DNA of 64,000 nt from Gammaproteobacteria bacterium. Lineage in GTDB: Bacteria; Pseudomonadota; Gammaproteobacteria; JACCYU01. The notes beneath the pieces are model-generated. The model worked only from the letters and a program-made list of their open reading frames with translations, was not told the origin of the DNA and did no database searches. Below are positions 61,008-64,000 of the stretch, one piece after another. Made by a program: the position numbers and the translations under genes. Positions within the stretch are counted from its first letter, which is position 1. The number at the start of each line of letters is the position of its first letter. Location of the stretch: positions 2,596 through 66,595 of the forward strand of contig JBOIDC010000006.1 of NCBI GenBank assembly GCA_050740315.1, written 5' to 3'.

Positions 61008-62459
61008 ATGTTCGAGCAAGCCTTCAAAAACATCGACGACGTGCTGTGGAAGGAAGCCGGCTGCACCACCGAGCTGGACTACACCGAGCAGACGTCGTGG
61101 ATGCTGTTTCTGAAGTATCTGGACGACCTGGAGCACGAGCGTTCGGCGAAAGCCGAACTGCTCGGCAAGCCTTACACCCCGATCATCGATGACGAACACC
61201 GCTGGTCGCGCTGGGCCGCGCCCAAGACCGCCGACGGCAGATTCGACCATAACAACGCGCTGACCGGCCCTGACCTGATCGATTACGTCGATACCAAGCT
61301 GTTCCCGTATCTGATGGGCTTCAAGCAGCGCGCGACCCGCCCGGACACCATCGAATACAAGATCGGCGAAATCTTCGGCGAGATCCGAAGCAAGTTCCGC
61401 AGCGGGTATTCGCTACGCGATGCACTGGAGCACGTGGACGCGCTGCGCTTCCGCTCGCAGCAGGAAAAGCATGAGCTGTCGCACCTCTACGAAGCCAAGA
61501 TCAGGAACATGGGCAACGCCGGGCGCAACGGCGGCGAATACTACACGCCGCGCCCGCTCATCCGCGCCATGATCAAGGTCATCAAGCCCAAAATCGGCGA
61601 GCGCATCTATGACGGCGCCGTGGGTTCGGCGGGCTTTCTGTGCGAGTCCTACGACTACATGCGCCCGCAGGTGCAGAATGCGGCGCAGCTCGACGCGCTC
61701 AAGAACCACACGTTCTACGGCAAGGAGAAAAAGAGCCTCGCCTACGTCATCGGCATCATGAACATGATCCTGCACGGCATAGAGGCGCCCAACATCGTCC
61801 ACATGAACACGCTGGCCGAGAACGTCAGCGACATTCAGGACAAGGATCGCTTCGACGTGATCCTCGCCAATCCGCCCTTCGGCGGCAAGGAACGCAAGGA
61901 GGTGCAGCAGAACTTCCCCATCCGAACCGGCGAGACGGCGTTTCTGTTTCTGCAGCACTTCATCAAAATGCTCAAAGCCGGCGGACGCGCCACCATCGTC
62001 ATCAAGAACACGTTTCTGTCGAACTCGGACGGCGCCTCGCGCGCGCTGCGGCAGGAACTGCTGGAAAGCTGCAACCTGCACACGGTGCTGGATTGCCCGG
62101 GCGGCACCTTCCTCGGCGCGGGCGTGAAGACCGTGGTGCTGTTCTTCGAGAAAGGCGCGCCGACACGCAAGGTGTGGTACTACCAGCTCGATCCCGGCCG
62201 CAGCCTCGGCAAGACCACGCCGCTCAATGACGACGACCTGAAAGAGTTCGTCGCGCTGCAGGCCAGCTTCGCGGAATCGCCCAAATCATGGTCAGTGGAT
62301 ATGGCCGACATCGATCCGGCGAATTTCGATTTGTCCGTCAAGAACCCGAACAAGGCCGAGGAGGCGCCGCTGCGTCAGCCGGAGGAAATTATTGAGGAGA
62401 TGACCCTGCTCGATGAGGAGAGCGCGAAGATTCTGGAAGGCATTCGGGAGATGCTTTGA
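61008..62459 (+). CDS. hsdM: type I restriction-modification N6-adenine DNA methyltransferase subunit
   Basis: N-terminal HsdM_N. AdoMet motif I (DGAVGSAGFL). Motif IV NPPFG. Confidence 0.9.
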   Translation: MFEQAFKNIDDVLWKEAGCTTELDYTEQTSWMLFLKYLDDLEHERSAKAELLGKPYTPIIDDEHRWSRWAAPKTADGRFDHNNALTGPDLIDYVDTKLFPYLMGFKQRATRPDTIEYKIGEIFGEIRSKFRSGYSLRDALEHVDALRFRSQQEKHELSHLYEAKIRNMGNAGRNGGEYYTPRPLIRAMIKVIKPKIGERIYDGAVGSAGFLCESYDYMRPQVQNAAQLDALKNHTFYGKEKKSLAYVIGIMNMILHGIEAPNIVHMNTLAENVSDIQDKDRFDVILANPPFGGKERKEVQQNFPIRTGETAFLFLQHFIKMLKAGGRATIVIKNTFLSNSDGASRALRQELLESCNLHTVLDCPGGTFLGAGVKTVVLFFEKGAPTRKVWYYQLDPGRSLGKTTPLNDDDLKEFVALQASFAESPKSWSVDMADIDPANFDLSVKNPNKAEEAPLRQPEEIIEEMTLLDEESAKILEGIREML

Positions 62460-63718
62460 TGGGAAGTTGGGAGACTGCAAAGCTTGGTGAGGTTTGCCAG
62501 ATGATTAAGAGAGGCGTCACGCCCAAGTATGTTGAAGCGGGCGGAATGCCAGTGATTAATCAAAAGTGCATTAGAAATCACTTGGTCAACTTCAGTTTAG
62601 CTCGAAGACATAATCCTCTGGCTAAGCCGGTCGACAAGGAAAGGCATATCCAAGTAGGTGACGTGCTCGTTAACTCTACGGGCACAGGAACCTTAGGTCG
62701 CCTCGCGCAGGTTCGTGAATTGCCACAACAATCTGCTACTGTAGACACCCACGTTACGATTGTGCGGCCGCTCCCCGGAAAGTTCTATCCTGATTTTTTT
62801 GGCTACATGCTTACGACAATCGAGGAGGACATTGCTTCTAGCGGCGAAGGAGCAAGCGGCCAAACAGAACTTTCTCGGAGCACCCTTGAGCAGAAATTCA
62901 AAGTCTGCTTCCCTCGATCTCTAGAAGAACAAAAGCGCATTGTCGCCATTCTCGATGAGGCATTTGAGGGGATCGCGGCTGCGGTCGCCAATGCCGAAAA
63001 GAACCTTGCCAACGCCCGCGAACTGTTCGAAAGCTACCTGAATTCCGTCTTCACCCGGAAGGGCGAAGGGTGGGTGGAAAGCGCCCTCGGTGATCTTATT
63101 GAGATAAAACACGGGTTCGCTTTCAAGAGCGAATTTTTCAAAAGCGCGGGCAAGTATGTACTACTTACGCCTGGGAACTTCTATGAAGAAGGCGGTTATC
63201 GAGATCGAGGTGAGAAACAGAAGTTCTATGTTGGCGAAATTCCTCGTGACTTTATACTCAGAAAAGACGATTTTCTAATCGCGATGACAGAGCAGGCAGC
63301 GGGTCTGCTGGGGAGCTCAATGATCGTTCCGCAGGAAGATAAATTTCTCCACAACCAGCGGCTAGGCCTAGTGATAGTGAAACCCACTACTTGTTGGTGC
63401 AATGAGTTTTTCTTTCATGCCTTTAATACGAAAAAATTTCGAAAGGCGGTACACGATGATGCTTCCGGCGTGAAGGTGCGGCATACATCTCCAAAGAAAC
63501 TAGGACGTTTGATGATTTCCTATCCTCCGTCGCTATCGGAGCAGGAACGAATTGCAGCTAGTCTTGATGATGTTCTGCTCAAATCCAAAAGCCTTGAAAC
63601 TATATATCGACAAAAGCTTGAAAACTTCGGCCAGCTCAAACAATCCATCCTCCAAAAAGCTTTTTCCGGCGAACTCACGTCCAAACTCGAGCGAACCCTG
63701 AAAGAGGCGCTTGGATGA
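62456..63718 (+). CDS. hsdS: type I R-M specificity subunit (two TRDs)
   Basis: Low-GC gene overlapping hsdM. Central and C-terminal conserved coiled regions (…LDEAFEGIAAAVANAEKNLANARELFESYL…, …QKLENFGQLKQSILQKAF…). Confidence 0.8.
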   Translation: MMGSWETAKLGEVCQMIKRGVTPKYVEAGGMPVINQKCIRNHLVNFSLARRHNPLAKPVDKERHIQVGDVLVNSTGTGTLGRLAQVRELPQQSATVDTHVTIVRPLPGKFYPDFFGYMLTTIEEDIASSGEGASGQTELSRSTLEQKFKVCFPRSLEEQKRIVAILDEAFEGIAAAVANAEKNLANARELFESYLNSVFTRKGEGWVESALGDLIEIKHGFAFKSEFFKSAGKYVLLTPGNFYEEGGYRDRGEKQKFYVGEIPRDFILRKDDFLIAMTEQAAGLLGSSMIVPQEDKFLHNQRLGLVIVKPTTCWCNEFFFHAFNTKKFRKAVHDDASGVKVRHTSPKKLGRLMISYPPSLSEQERIAASLDDVLLKSKSLETIYRQKLENFGQLKQSILQKAFSGELTSKLERTLKEALG

Positions 63719-64000
63719 ACGAAGCCGAAACCCGCGCCGAGCTGATCGATCCGGCTTTGAGGGTGGCGGGCTGGGGCGTGGTGGAAGCCAGCCGCGTGCG
63801 GCGCGAGCAGATCACCCGTGGTCGCCTGCTCGGCGCGGGCCAGCGCGGGGAGCGCGACGTGGCCGACTACGTGCTCATCTACCGCGGCCATAAGCTCGGC
63901 GTGATCGAGGCCAAGAAGCGCGACTCTGAGGATACTGAAGGTCTCGGGCAGGCGAAGAAATACGCCGAGAAGCTGCAGGTCCGCTTCGCCTACTCCACCA
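63711..64000 (+). CDS. hsdR: type I R-M restriction subunit, N-terminal part (runs off window)
   Basis: MNEAETRAELIDPAL..GW...YVLIY...IEAKK is the HsdR N-terminal (Res-like) signature. Overlaps the hsdS stop. Confidence 0.8.

Overview
This is a high-GC (about 65%) proteobacterial chromosomal window with a mosaic, accessory character. All coordinates and frames below come from manual six-frame reading; I could not run homology searches, so family assignments are motif-based.

- **1-5110:** right end of a P4-like integrative island. It carries a TOPRIM primase split into Zn-finger and toprim parts, an AlpA-like regulator, and a RelE/ParE toxin with two HTH antitoxin genes. A P4-type tyrosine integrase abuts the 3' end of tRNA-Ala(GGC).
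- **5.4-10.4 kb:** a NarX/NarL-like two-component pair, then a PAS-GGDEF(degenerate)-EAL signalling protein.
- **10.6-27.6 kb:** a rearranged C1/amine-catabolic mosaic.
  - A PQQ quinohemoprotein dehydrogenase fused to a cytochrome c domain, carrying a lanthanide-type D-Y-D active-site signature.
  - A secreted SGL/lactonase-like beta-propeller.
  - A sarcosine oxidase soxBDAG operon.
  - An NSS transporter with a small subunit.
  - Gene fragments: a tyrosine recombinase remnant and a 5'-truncated CysK-like gene.
  - The mosaic is bracketed by two diverged copies of a TIGR02001-like outer-membrane protein gene (one frameshifted) and two copies of an AraC gene 3' end (one truncated and frameshifted).
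- **29.9-38.3 kb:** a dimethylglycine-demethylase-like operon in which etfB has lost its 5' end to a junction with a degraded LRV/HEAT-repeat gene.
  - Genes in order: GcvT-like aminomethyltransferase, DgcA-like TMADH-family flavoprotein, DgcB/EtfD-like membrane Fe-S protein, then etfBA.
- **39.4-48.5 kb:** a kdpFABC-kdpDE locus in an advanced state of decay.
  - An internal deletion fuses kdpA and kdpB out of frame.
  - kdpB has a 1-bp deletion in a C-run.
  - A vapBC toxin-antitoxin pair is inserted between kdpC and kdpD.
- **49-57.6 kb:** a molybdopterin oxidoreductase, an AraC regulator and a CUT2-type sugar ABC transporter.
- **57.6-64 kb:** a defence-island-like stretch.
  - A low-GC orphan ORF with an Rx5H HEPN-like motif.
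  - hicB-hicA.
  - A type I R-M system hsdM-hsdS-hsdR (hsdR runs off the window).

No CRISPR array, IS element or rRNA was found.
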